Shown: positions 27,040-40,021 of the stretch, in pieces | How the letters are laid out: the number at the start of each line of letters is the position of its first letter | How positions within the stretch are numbered: the stretch's first letter is position 1 | Notes under the pieces: generated by a model | Told to the model about the DNA's origin: nothing | Database searches by the model: none | What the model saw: the letters and a program-made list of their open reading frames with translations, nothing else | Assembly (NCBI GenBank): GCA_002269645.1 | Contig: NIVC01002525.1 | Span: 100,409 to 164,408, forward strand | Length of the DNA: 64,000 bases | Direction: 5' to 3' | From: Macrostomum lignano | Taxonomy: Eukaryota | Position numbers and translations under genes: made by a program

Positions 27040-27670
27040 TACCTCCCTCCCCCAATGTACACCAGCTAGCCCCAGCCATACCACCCTCCCCCAATGTACA
27101 CCAGTCACCAGCTAGCCCCATCCATACCTCCCCTAATGTACACCAGCTAGCCCCAGCCATACCACCCTCCCCCAATGTACACCAGCTAGCCCCAGCCATA
27201 CCACCCTCCCCCAATGTACACCAGTCACCAGCTAGCCCCATCCATACCTCCCTCCCCTAATGTACACCAGCTAGCCCCAGCCATACCACCCTCCCCCAAT
27301 GTACACCAGCTAGCCCAGCCATACCACCCTCCCCCAATGTACACCAGTCACCAGCTAGCCCCATCCATACCTCCCTCCCCTAATGTACACCAGCTAGCCC
27401 CAGCCATACCACCCTCCCCCAATGTACACCAGCTAGCCCCAGCCTATGTTAAACCTCCCTTCCCCAATGTACACCAGCTAGCCCCAGCCATATGATAAAC
27501 CTCCCTTCCCCAATGTACACCAGCTAGCCCCAGCCATATGATAAACCTCCCTTCCCCAATGTACACCAGCTAGCCCCAGCCATATGATAAACCTCCCTTC
27601 CCCAATGTACACCAGCTAGCCCCAGCCATATGATAAACCTCCCTTCCCCAATGTACACTAGCTAGCCCGG
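27040..27670. repeat. 39-46-bp C-rich minisatellite (CCCCAATGTACACCAGCTAGCCCCAGCCATACCACCCTC)
   Basis: Tandem copies with two unit variants. Confidence 0.93.
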
Positions 27671-28964
27671 CCATGATCGATGTTTCCTAGCTCGTATTTC
27701 CCGTTTTTTTATTAATTCGAATTAAAGTGCTTCTAACGTTGAATACATGATTTTTTGTTGATTTCATTGCGTCATCAAACCTTGATTTTTTAATTGTCTT
27801 CCTTTGCTATTTTTAGTAACAAATTTCTTTTAGTAGTTAAATTTGCCTGAACTTAAATTTTTATTTAATCTGCAATTTTACCCGATGCCATACATACATC
27901 TCTTGTGATAACCTTTCTCACTACTCATTCTCACTACAACTCTCTTTGTAAACCTCGGCGGGTAAGCTTGTACTGTACAATAATTTAATATAAATTTCTT
28001 TTTTTTGTACACACCTCTGTTACTACTGCTGCTAATACTACTATTATGGCTACTGCTGCGCTATTTAAGTACTGCACATACTTTTTCAATCGCAAAACCC
28101 TAGCAGAATAATTAGCATGTTCCATTACTAATTGTAGTAGGTGAGTAAATTCGTATATACAAATAAATATATATATATAATATCCTATATATACAAAGCT
28201 AACGATTATACTGCTTGCAGAATGCATTTCAGTGCACCTTAAAATTATGAAACACTTTATTGTTCGATTTCTTTTTTAAGCGAAACAGTCAAAATATATT
28301 TATTAAAAAGTAGATCACTTATGCATCCATCTGTATATTTTTTTTAAAACTGTGCAACTTGGCCCTCGCGGATTAAAAACCAACAGTGCATCTCGTACTT
28401 TTAGTTTTATTATTATTAATTAAGCACCAAAAATAGATATTTATATGGCGTCTGAATATGCAAAATTTCTTGAATACCATAATTTAATAATTTGTCAACT
28501 AAAAACCTGGAATGTCAATGTCAGAAATACGCATTTGGGTGCTCAGCTGACAACAAAGGCTCTCTGAAAGAAGGAAGCAATGCAATTTTACAAGCAAGCA
28601 GAGTGGTAATAAAAACAGAAGAGATGCAGAAAAAGTTCTATGAAAAAGAAGAAATAGTGTTGGTCCAAAATTGTCTTCGTCATAAAGATAAAGGTTAAAA
28701 GGGTACTTAAAATACTTGCTCTGTAAAGTCTTAATTGTCTGTCTATATATTTTTTAATTTTCGTGCAATATTTTAAAATATCCATGATGTAATAGCTCTG
28801 AACAATAGCAATGTTTTTAAGAGTATAATCGTAAATCGTTAAAATATAGTGTGCAATTGCTATGCTGTGTAATGCTTCTATCTAACTTTGTTTGAATCCT
28901 CATTCGTCGCTACACCTCATTGTGTAGAGGCTACTACACACAGCCAGCTCACTTTTCTGTCAAT

Positions 28965-30950
28965 ATACTCAGGCTACAAAGACTCCCACCTCACTCCCTT
29001 CCCTCAATGTACGCAGGCTACAAACCCCACCTCTCCTTTCACTCTATGAACGCATGCTACAAACAACCCCCACCTCACTCCCTCCACTCTATGTACGCAG
29101 GCTACAAACAGAAAACTCACTCCCTCCACTCTATGTACGCAGGCTAAACAGACCTCCACCTCACTCCCTCCACTCTATGTACGCAGACTACAAACAGACC
29201 CCACCTCACTCCCTCTACTCTATGTACGCAGGCTACAAACAGACCTCCACCTCACTCCCTCCACTCTTTGTACGCAAGCTACAAACAACCCCCACCTCAC
29301 TCCCTCCACTCTATGTACGCAGGCTACAAACAGAAAACTCACTCCCTCCACTCTATGTACGCAGGCTAAAAAGACCCCCACCTCACTCCCTCCACTCTAT
29401 GTACGCAGACTACAAACAGACCCCTACCTCACTCCCTCTAGTCTATGTACGCAGGCTACAAACAGACCTCCACCTCACTGCCTCCACTCTTTGTACGCAA
29501 GCTACAAACAACCCCCACCTCACTCCCTCCACTCTATGTACGCAAGCTACAAACAACCCCCACCTCACTCCCTCCACTCTATGTACTCAAGCTACAAACA
29601 GACCCCCACCTCACTCCCTCCACTCTATGTAAGCAGGCTACAAAGACCCCCACCTCACTACCTCCACTCTATGTACGCAGACTACAAACAGACCCCCACC
29701 TCACTCCCTCCACTCTATGTACGCAAGCTACAAACAACCCCCACCTCACTCCCTCCACTCTATGTACGCAGGCTACAAACAGAAAACTCACTCCCTCCAC
29801 TCTATGTACGCAGGCTAAACAGACCCCCACCTCACTCCCTCCACTCTATGTACGCAGACTACAAACAGACCCCCACCTCACTCCCTCTACTCTATGTACG
29901 CAGGCTACAAACAGACCTCCACCTCACTGCCTCCACTCTTTGTACGCAAGCTACAAACAACCCCCACCTCACTCCCTCCACTCTATGTACGCAAGCTACA
30001 AACAACCCCCACCTCACTCCCTCTACTCTATGTACGCAGGCTACAAACAGACCTCCACCTCACTCCCTCCACTCTATGTACGCAAGCTACAAACAACCCC
30101 CACCTCACTCCCTCCACTCTATGTACGCAAGCTACAAACAACCCCCACCTCACTCCCTCCACTCTATGTACGCAAGCTACAAACAGACCCCCACCTCACT
30201 CCCTCCACTCTATGTACGCAGGCTACAAAGACCCCCACCTCACTACCTCCACTCTATGTACGCAGACTACAAACAGACCCCCACCTCACTCCCTCCACTC
30301 TATGTACGCAGGCTACAAACAGACCTCCACCTCACTCCCTCCACTCTTTGTACGCAAGCTACAAACAACCCCCACCTCACTCCCTCTACTCTATGTACGC
30401 AGGCTACAAAGACCCCCACCTCACTACCTCCACTCTATGTACGCAGACTACAAACAGACCCCCACCTCACTCCCTCCACTCTATGTACTCAAGCTACAAA
30501 CAACCCCCACCTCACTCCCTCCACTCTATGTACGCAAGCTACAAACAGACCCCCACCTCACTCCCTCCACTCTATGTACGCAGGCTACAAAGACCCCCAC
30601 CTCACTACCTCCACTCTATGTACGCAGACTACAAACAGACCCCCACCTCACTCCCTCTACTCTATGTACGCAGACTACAAACAGACCCCCACCTCACTCC
30701 CTCTACTCTATGTACGCAGGCTACAAACAGACCTCTACCTCACTCCCTCCACTCTTTGTACGCAAGCTACAAACAACCCCCACCTCACTCCCTCCACTCT
30801 ATGTACGCAGGCTACAAACAGACCCCCACCTCACTCCCTCCACTCTTTGTACGCAAGCTACAAACAACCCCCACCTCACTCCCTCCACTCTATGTACGCA
30901 GGCTACAAACAGACCCCCACCTCACTCCCTTCTCTCGATGTACGCAGGCC
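28965..30950. repeat. 45-46-bp minisatellite (TCACTCCCTCCACTCTATGTACGCAAGCTACAAACAACCCCCACC)
   Basis: About 44 copies, with higher-order blocks (CAGAAAACTCAC variant near 29110, 29330 and 29780). Confidence 0.95.
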
Positions 30951-31117
30951 GCACGCTCACCTCGCTCCTCAACACTGACACCGACTCGTAAGAGCAACAA
31001 ATCAAACGTTTGTAAAAATGAGCAAATTATCCTTACGAAAAAGACATTTATGCTCTTGAGATATTATAGTTTAAACAACCTCAATAGAAAAAGTTCCTAC
31101 TAGAAAAAACCAGCCAC

Positions 31118-34100
31118 TTAAAGCAGTTGCACAAATGATTTAGGAAAAATTCCTCTAACAGGGCCGCCTGCCCGCCCGCGCACTGTGCCGGCCAGCCATT
31201 CGGCGTTGACCTCAGCCACAGCGGTGACAACATCGCCGGCTCCAAATGTCAATTCGTCCTCCGCACGGCCAACAAAATCGTACAGAGCTTTGGCAGTTCT
31301 ACCAGCCGATATCTGGCGGCTTAGTGTCCTTTGCTGTCGAACTTCAGTTTTATTATTATTAGTCGATTGACTATGCTCGCTACTAACAGTAGCCTTAGTA
31401 GCATTCTTGTTGTCTCGATTAGTAACAAAATTAGCCGGAAATATGCCCTCCTGGCCGACGAATTCTGGCGCTAATGCCGATTCAATTATTCGACCGCGTA
31501 GCCATTCGCCACCCGGCAGCTCTTCGACGATGCCGATTTTGTCGCCGACTCGAAGCGGCAAATCGCCGACTTGTTGAGCAGGGAATTCGTGTGCCGCTTC
31601 GGCTTGGTATAGAAACGACTGCTGCCTTTGAATTGGGCTGGTCGGTTTCGGGGTTGGGGTCGGTTTCGGGGTTGGATTCGGTTTCGGGGTTGGGGTCGGT
31701 TTCGGGATTGGATTCGGTTTCGGGATTAGATTCGGTTTCGGATTCGGATTCGGGGTCGGATTCAATGTAGGCTTCAGTGCTGCATTCGGATTCGGATTCG
31801 GATTCGGGGTCGGATTCAATGTAGGCTTCAGTGCTGCATTCGGATTCGGTTTCGGCTTTGGTTTCGGTTTCGGCGGTGGTGGCGGCTTTTGCTGGAGCAG
31901 CTGCACGTGATTGGATGGAAACAAGCCAATCCGGTCCGTGCCTGCCAGACGGCCCTCCATCCAATCAGAGTCGACCTCGCGGATATGGGTGATGATCTGC
32001 AATGATTTAGGGAAGGTGGAAGAGAACTCCTGAGACTGACACAGAAATCCTATTTGAGATTGATAGGAATCTCAGCCATGAGATTTGGAAACAAACAGGA
32101 ATCTCACCCATGAGATTTAGAAACAAACAGGAATCCAGCCATGAGATTTAGAAACAGACATGAATCTCATACATAAGATTTGGAAATACAAATAATAATC
32201 TCAGTCATGAGATTTGGAAACAAACAGGAATCTCAGCCATGAGATTTGGAAACAAACAGGAATCTCACCCATGAGATTTGGAAACAGACATGAATCTCAT
32301 ACATAAGATTTGGAAATACAAATAATAATCTCAGTCATGAGATTTGGAAACAAACAGGAATCTCAGCCATGAGATTTGGAAACAGACATGAATCTCATAC
32401 ATGAGATTTGGAAATACAAATAATAATCTCAGCCATGAGATTTAGAAACAAAAAACAGGAATCTCAGCCATGAGATTTGGAAACAGACAGGAATCTCAGC
32501 CATGAGATTTGGAAACACAAATAAGAATCTTAGCCATGAGATTTGGAAACAAACAGGAATCTCAGCCATGAGATTTAGAAACAGACATGAATCACAGCCA
32601 TGAGATTTGGAAACAAACAGGAATCTCAGCCATGAGATTTGGAAACAAACAGGAATCTCAGCCATGAGATTTAGAAACAAAAAACAGGAATCTCAGCCAT
32701 GAGATTTGGAAACAAACAGGAATCTAAGCCATGAGAATAAACAACCCGGGACAGAATCTCGCCCAGCTTCACCAGTCGGCAGTTTACCTGATTAGCTGAG
32801 AAGCTCAGATCACCGGGATGACTGGTCTCATAGGCATACAAGGCCCGGGCAGTTGGGGCTCCGCCGGCGCCTATAGGCTTAGGCTTGGGCTTTGGCGGCA
32901 TGGGACCACCAGGATTCACAGCTGGCTGCTGCTGCTGCTGCTGCTGACGGGTAGCCGCCGCTGAAGCCGCTGCGGCCGCCGCTGCCGCCGCCATGGCAGC
33001 CACAGCCGGTGCAGGAGCGGCAGAATGCTGCTGCGACTCGTCATCAGCAGCCGGTTGGGATAACAGCAGGGATGAGCGCTGCTTTATATGCGGCCGGTGC
33101 TGCTGCTGCTTCTGCTGCTGTGGCTCCAATGGCCAATCGTCCAGCATTGACTGAGCAGTTGAAGCAGCGGCCGGCGGATCAGGCCGAGAAGGAGGCTGGT
33201 AGCTTGAGGATGATGAAGCATCGCCAACATATTGCCTGCAAAGAGAGCAAAAGGGATGCCGGGTTGGAGACCTCAGATGCTTCAGATAAGAGACCTCAGA
33301 TGCTCCAGAAAGGAGACCTCAGATGCTTCAGATAGGAGACCTCAGATGCTTTAGATAGGACACCTCAGATGCTTCAGATAGAAGACCTCAGATGGTCCAG
33401 ATAGGAGACTTCAGATGCTTCAGAATCCAGATAGGAGACCTCAGATGCTTCAGATAGAAGACCTCAGATGCTCCAGAAAGGAGACCTCAGATGCTTCAGA
33501 TAGGAGACCTCAGATGCTTCAGATAGAAGACCTCAGATGGTCCAGATAGGAGACTTCAGATGCTTCAGAATCCAGATAGGAGACCTCAGATGCTTCAGAT
33601 AGAAGACCTCAGATGCTCCAGAAAGGAGACCTCAGATGCTTCAGATAGGAGACCTCAGATGCTTCAGATAGAAGACCTCAGATGGTCCAGATAGGAGACT
33701 TCAGATGCTTCAGAATCCAGATAGGAGACCTCAGATGCTTCAGATAGAAGACCTCAGATGCTCCATAAGAGACTTCAGATGCTTTAGATAGGAGACCTCA
33801 GATGGTCCAGATAGGAGACTTCAGATGCTTCAGAATCCAGATAGGAGACCTCAGATGCTTCAGATAAGAGACCTCAGATGCTTCAGATAGGAGACCTCAT
33901 GCTCCAGATAGGAGACCTCAGATGCTTCAGATAGGAGACCTCAGATGCTTCAGATAAGAGACCTCAGATGCTTCAGATAGGAGACCTCATGCTCCAGATA
34001 GGAGACCTCAGATGCTTCAGATAAGAGACCTCAGATGCTTCAGATAAGAGACCTCAGATGCTTCAGATAGGAGACCTCATGCTCCAGATAGGAGACCTCA

Positions 34101-35857
34101 GATGCTTCAGATAGGAGACCTCAGATGCTTTAGATAGGAAACCTCAGATGCTTCAGATAGGAAACCTCAGATGCTTCAGATAGGAAACCTCAGATGCTTC
34201 AGATAGGAAACCTCAGATGCTTCAGATAGGAGACCTCAGATGCTCCAGATAGGAGACCTCAGATGCTCCAGATAGGAGACCTCAGATGCTTCAGATAGGA
34301 GACTTCAGATGCTTCAGAATCCAGATAGGAGACTTCAGATGCTTCAGAATCCAGATAGGAGACCTCAGATGCTCCAGATAGGAGACCTCAGATGCTTCAG
34401 ATAGGAGACTTCAGATGCTTCAGAATCCAGATAGGAGACCTCAGATGCTTCAGATAGGAGACCTCAGATGCTTCAGATAGGAGACCTCAGATACTTCAGA
34501 TACGAAACCTCAGACGTTAAAGGTCAATGAATCCGGTGCATCAGGGTAATAAAACTCCCCAACAGCCATTCTCACCTGGGCAGCAGTCCAGTGGCCCCCG
34601 TATCGGAGTGCCTGCCAAAATACCAGTTATCATCCTCCTGTCGCAGCACGTGAATCCGATCGCCCCGGCGCATAGTCAGAATGCCGGGCTCCGGCGGCTC
34701 TAACAGGTCGTACAGAGCCACCACCTGCTGCTGTCGTTGTTGCAGGATTTTTGGCGGCTGGCTTGGCCTTGGCGGCGGAGTTTTGCCTGATTTCTGCTTT
34801 TGCTGAGGCTGCTGCTGTTGTGCGACTGAAAGCATCCGGTTGCCTGCGAGACAGTCGACGCTGCTGTACCTGGGAAAGTCAGAGTTGTGGATAACTTTGA
34901 TTCAGAGAAGTACAACGGATTTTAAATGCTTCAGGAACAGATGATTCAGGAAGAGAACACTTCGAATTATTTATGACAAGAATAGAGCACACAAGAGAGC
35001 ACTTCAGATGATTCAGGAAAACAGCCCTTTAGATGATTCAGGAAGACAACACTTCAGATGGTTCAGGACAGGAAGAGAGCACTTCGAATGATTCAGGAAA
35101 ACAGCACTTCAGATGATTCAGGAAGACAACACTTCAGATGGTTCAGGAAGACAACACTTCAGATGGTTCAGGACAGGAAGAGAGCACTTCAGATGATTCA
35201 GGACAACAGCACTTAAGATGATTCAGGAAGACAACCCTTCAGATGATTCAGGAAGACAACACTTCAGATGGTTCAGGACAGGAAGAGAGCACTTCAGATG
35301 ATTCAGGACAACAGCACTTAAGATGATTCAGGAAGACAACACTTTAGATGATTCAGGAAGACAACCCTTCAGATGATTCAGGGAAGACAACCCTTCAGAT
35401 GGTTCAGGACAGGAAGAGAGCACTTCAGATGATTCAGGAAAACAGCAATTTAGATGATTCAGGAAGACAACACTTGAGATGATTCAGGAAGACAACACTT
35501 GAGATGATTTAGGACAGGAAGAGAGCACTTCAGATGATTCAGGAAGATGACTTTTATAGGACTTCAATAACTCAATAACTCAACAAACAGTTGCTAATGC
35601 ATAATAGTTACCAACCTATTGTGCAGACTGCCATCTCCAGATCTCAGTATAATAGGCTTAGCAGGCGCCTCTGTCTGCTGACTGGATTGATAGTTATGCT
35701 GATGCGACTGCGCCGAGGCCATAGCCAGAGTGCTATGCCGGTTGCCAGGCTGATTTTCTGCAGCGCTAGAATCGAACTCATCATCTCGCATCGGCCTGGC
35801 ATCCAGCCTAACAATGGCCAAGTCTCGCACGCTGCGTGCCTTGCGTAGTGAACTCAT
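31118..35857 (-). CDS. Adaptor with four SH3 domains and Pro-rich linkers (SH3D19/Eve-1-like); exons 35857-35616, 34869-34576, 33235-32788, 31996-31118 (620 aa)
   Basis: Four SH3 signatures: ALYDL..WYFG..GLLPRQYV, ALYAY..WMEG..GLFPSNHV, AAHEF..WLRG..GIFPANFV and ALYDF..WLAG..GIFPKSFV. Two of the SH3 domains are restored only across the predicted phase-consistent junctions. Confidence 0.9.
32050..32735. repeat. 32-bp minisatellite (ATCTCAGCCATGAGATTTGGAAACAAACAGGA), SH3 gene intron 3
   Basis: Tandem copies. Confidence 0.95.
33270..34515. repeat. 23-bp minisatellite (GGAGACCTCAGATGCTTCAGATA), SH3 gene intron 2
   Basis: Tandem copies with higher-order blocks. Confidence 0.95.
34930..35545. repeat. 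25-30-bp minisatellite (GAAGACAACACTTCAGATGATTCAG), SH3 gene intron 1
   Basis: Tandem copies. Confidence 0.93.
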
Positions 35858-37373
35858 TTGGCTGAGCTGGAAACAGGTTTTTTTTATTGATTATGATTCT
35901 TAGACTTGCCAAGTAACCAACTGGAGAGTAGTTATGGCTTTCTTTACAGGCCTGAATACTTCATCATTTAACTCAAAAAGTAAAACAGCTGACATAATAA
36001 ATAATTTCTATGCCAATTTCTATTTTTAGTGTCATAGTATTTATTTAAATGATATATTAACTTTCATTTTTACATTCTTGAATTAAGAATTTGGACTATT
36101 TTGATGCTAGATAAAATTTAGATTAAATTGCTGAAATATCATGGCTTGAGTTGAATTGCTGAGATGTCAAGACTTACTAGGGGAATTGCTGAGATTTAAA
36201 GGCTAAAAGGTTGGAACCTACATGTAGTTAGTTCAAAAAATATTTTATTCTTTGTTGGTTCCCCAAATCCTTGTCCCTGATAATTTTATTTAAATAATAG
36301 CAAGATTTATAAAACTAAAGAAATGCTTTTAAGAAAAGTGCCTTTATGTTAAAGGATTCATATAAATAACCTTTGTCTCTTGCCTTTTTTATTGGGCACC
36401 CCAAAGGGGGGGGCACTACATTGGGTTACACTAAATTGGTCAACATCTAGTTTGTCAACAGGCCTTAAATATAAGCAATTGATAGAAGTCATTTTTTCAA
36501 CATTACAGACTTACATAAAGTTTTCTTGTAACTCAATAATAAAATTTATTTAATATAATGAGCAAAATATTGTCAGACTTCAATATACCTTTGTAAATAT
36601 ATACACAATAACAAATTGTTGCTATAAACATAATGCTGCTGGGGTCTTGCAGCTTATATATTGCATATGCTTATCTACACTTAAAATTGCACTTACTCCC
36701 CATGTGTATTGGGCTAATATACTAGATTTATAAATTAGATGATTAGTAGATATGATAGAGGGGTATTTTAAACTGTTAGAAAGGTTTATTTTAAATTTCT
36801 ACCATTACCATAGCAATCAAGTTTTATTCTACAAATTTGTTTAAATGTGCCTTTCCTCCCCATCCCTTGCCATTGGTTTTCATAGAAATTGAAGTGAAAT
36901 TTGTGCCCAAAGAGGCAACCAATCTTTTTCGTTCTGAGGCAATCCACTTGACAAAACTAAATAAGCTAAGTTGCTAAAGCCTTTCTCATTTGTTGAAATT
37001 AAGAGTAAATGCTCATTGGCTAGGTAGAAATTACAAAGAGCACAAGACAAACAGTCTAAAATCCAATAGCAGAAATGCAGAGTAGAGGTGTAAGAAGCCA
37101 ATTGACAAAGAAGAAATATCCCAATAGGATTATTTGAAATGAATAGCCAATGGGAAGTCATATATGACAAGAGCAAATCCATAATAGGAAACTGAAATTC
37201 ACTGGGCAACCTCGATCCATTGAAGGGTGCCACTTTAGGACTTAGTCATCCCCCTCCTAGCTAAACAGTGTCTTGCCACTTGGGCACTTTGCGCTACTAA
37301 GGCAATCTATATTTACATAACAGCCCATAGCCCCAACTTCCCAACATCATGATTTTAGTAGGCTATAATGACT

Positions 37374-37639
37374 CCCTATTGCAGCCAAGGTCTGAACCGC
37401 GCTGGACGCCCCCCTTTCCCGCGCCAGACATCTACCCGTACCGCGCCAGGGCCAGTCCCCAGGATCAGTGATTTGGTTCAATTTTCCCATGCCCCGCGCC
37501 ACGCCGCCGCGCGCCGCCGCCACACGACATGCCACCGCGCGCCACCGCCACGCGCCGCGTCGCTGCCGCGCACTGCGCCGCCGCCAGGCCAATCCGCGCT
37601 GGACGCCATCCACGAAAATGGCCATTGGCTGCAATAGGG
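37374..37639. mobile_element. 266-bp GC-rich MITE with 15-bp TIRs and 8-bp TSD
   Basis: Termini CCCTATTGCAGCCAA and TTGGCTGCAATAGGG are perfect inverted repeats. TAATGACT flanks both ends (37366-37373 and 37640-37647). Confidence 0.85.
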
Positions 37640-40021
37640 TAATGACTCTAATTTCTAATTTCATAAAATTCTAAATTATAACAAATTTCCCCTATAACTT
37701 GGTAGGCCCTTATCAGAATTAGGATAGTAGCTTAATATTAATAAGTCCTCTAGTACAACTTGGTGGCATTTGTAGGATTCATCTACAACAAATAATTTAT
37801 GCCTTCAATTATCAATATAGCTGACTTATATGCTATATTATCTGCAAAACTCAAAACTATAACATGCTTGATTCTAAAAGTCAAGGTTTTGAATTTGAAC
37901 TTAAATTTTGTAATAAAAAAAATATATAAACCATAGTCCAGAACAGAAGGCATGTACACAAGAAAATTTTCTAGGGTTCACTCAAAAAATTGGCATACAA
38001 GCTCATATATTAGCATGGGTCTACAAAGAGTGATTTTGGTCTTTTGGTATACATGTGTGATATATATAAAAATTTAAAAAATTAAAAAATTAAAATAATT
38101 ACTTTTTAAGAGTCAAAATAATTTAATGAACAAAACTTGACAATTGCCTTGAATTAGTCAATAGCATAGCATATTAGGCTTGCCTTAAGGTTAATTGAAT
38201 TTGTCAATAGAGTTGATGCCATAGTCCAGAAGAGGGGTGGTACACCAAATTAATCCGGCGTATACTCACAACTTTTGGTATACACTTGACATACAATTTT
38301 TTACTTTTTGAAATCTGGCATACTATCTGGCATATTAGAATGCATATTCAAAAAGTAGTGTACATGTTCCTGCAGTTGCAGAATAAAATCAAAAAGTCTA
38401 AGAAAATAGTGTGCATGCAGTTAATAAAATCACATGGAAGAGTTTGTGAACATACATGCGCAACAGTCGGCCAAGTCGGCCGATCCGGCCAAGTCGGCTG
38501 ATCCGGCCAACCAATTTGGCAGCCAACCAAGGAAGTTGCAAAAATTCCAACCCAAAAAACACAGAGTAGTAGTACTAAGTAGCTGACGAGGCATTTTGGC
38601 TTTATAAGATAGTCATAGTTACTCCTGCTGTTTACCCAAAGTTGCATTAATTTTGCATTCCGGTTTTTTTACATGTAAGTCGCATTTTTGGTCAAAAACT
38701 ATGTCGCATTTTTGTTAAAACTAAGTCACACGGCTGACTGAAATTTGGAGGTTGCGCATGTATGTTCATGAAAAATGAACAAAAAACATAAAACAAGTTT
38801 ATTTTTAAGCAATTTCAAGCTTTCTGGGTTTTTAGAGCTTGTAATAGAAAATTTAAACAAATCTTTGCGTGTATCAAGTTTTCACTATAAATAATATCAG
38901 CAAAAAAGCTAAAGTATTAACCAAATTGTTAGCTAAAAAGGTTACTTTACACAATTTAAAAAAATAATAATTCATTGTCACAATGTAAAAAAGGTCATTT
39001 ATTGTTGCAACACCGGCGAAGATTTGAAAGTGGGTCAGGGTGTGCACTCAAAATTTGGCATAGGTCTACACTGGTATACCAAAAAAAATTGTAAGAGATT
39101 TTTGTCCAGCGTATATTCAGGGTGTTCCGAACTATGGAGTTGATGTTGATGAATTTGGTGGCACCCATAGCCACTAGATTGATAATAAAAAAATTTTGTA
39201 TTAATTATATAACAAAATAATCAAGATGAATGAATTAAAATTATAATAATAACATTAATATTAGTTTAGGTAGGCCCTATCACTGAATAGGCCTAGGCCC
39301 TAATGAAAACATTAACAAAAATTCTAAAGAGAAAAGAGCGTACTTACTTAGTGTAGACCTAATCAAGAAAGAGCTGCTTTTATGTCCCAATGTTTCGAAA
39401 AGATTTAAAAATATGCATAGAAGCCAGGGCCAGGGGGGCATTTGTTTAATGAAACTGTCATTGCATAGGCCTAGTTTTTTTTACATTTAATAATTTCAAT
39501 TCAACTCAGATTAGGCCTAGTACCAAAATGATATTATAAACAATCTTTAAATATCATAAACTATATTTCAAACATTGCTAAAATTATTTCAATACTTATT
39601 CGAAACTACTAGGCGTAGAAACCTAACCTAAGTCATAAATGGCTAAATTAAATACAATTCCAACATAACATATAAGCTATGGGCCTATGAGCATTTACTT
39701 TTATTAGCAATAATAACATTATATTAGAACATATAAATGTAGCAGTGTGATTGGGCAAGACGACAAGATTCAACTTTAAACGGGACTGGACAACTACCCT
39801 CAGTGTCAGTCAGACCGCGTCGGACGGGGTGGACCGGTGGACGTTCAGTTCAGGACGTTGTGAACTTGAACATATTGCGGTTATCGGGGCGATTTGAACT
39901 CGCACTTTTTCTGCGAACTTTTTTATGGTTTAAACAATGTTTACTGAGTGTGGGGATCTAAATAATGTAGAAACGAATTCGCTAATGCAGAAAAATAAAA
40001 AAGTTCAATGTTAGCAACTGA

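Noticed and set aside
29054-31103. 365-552-aa repetitive ORFs
   Set aside because: These are translations of the 45-bp minisatellite.
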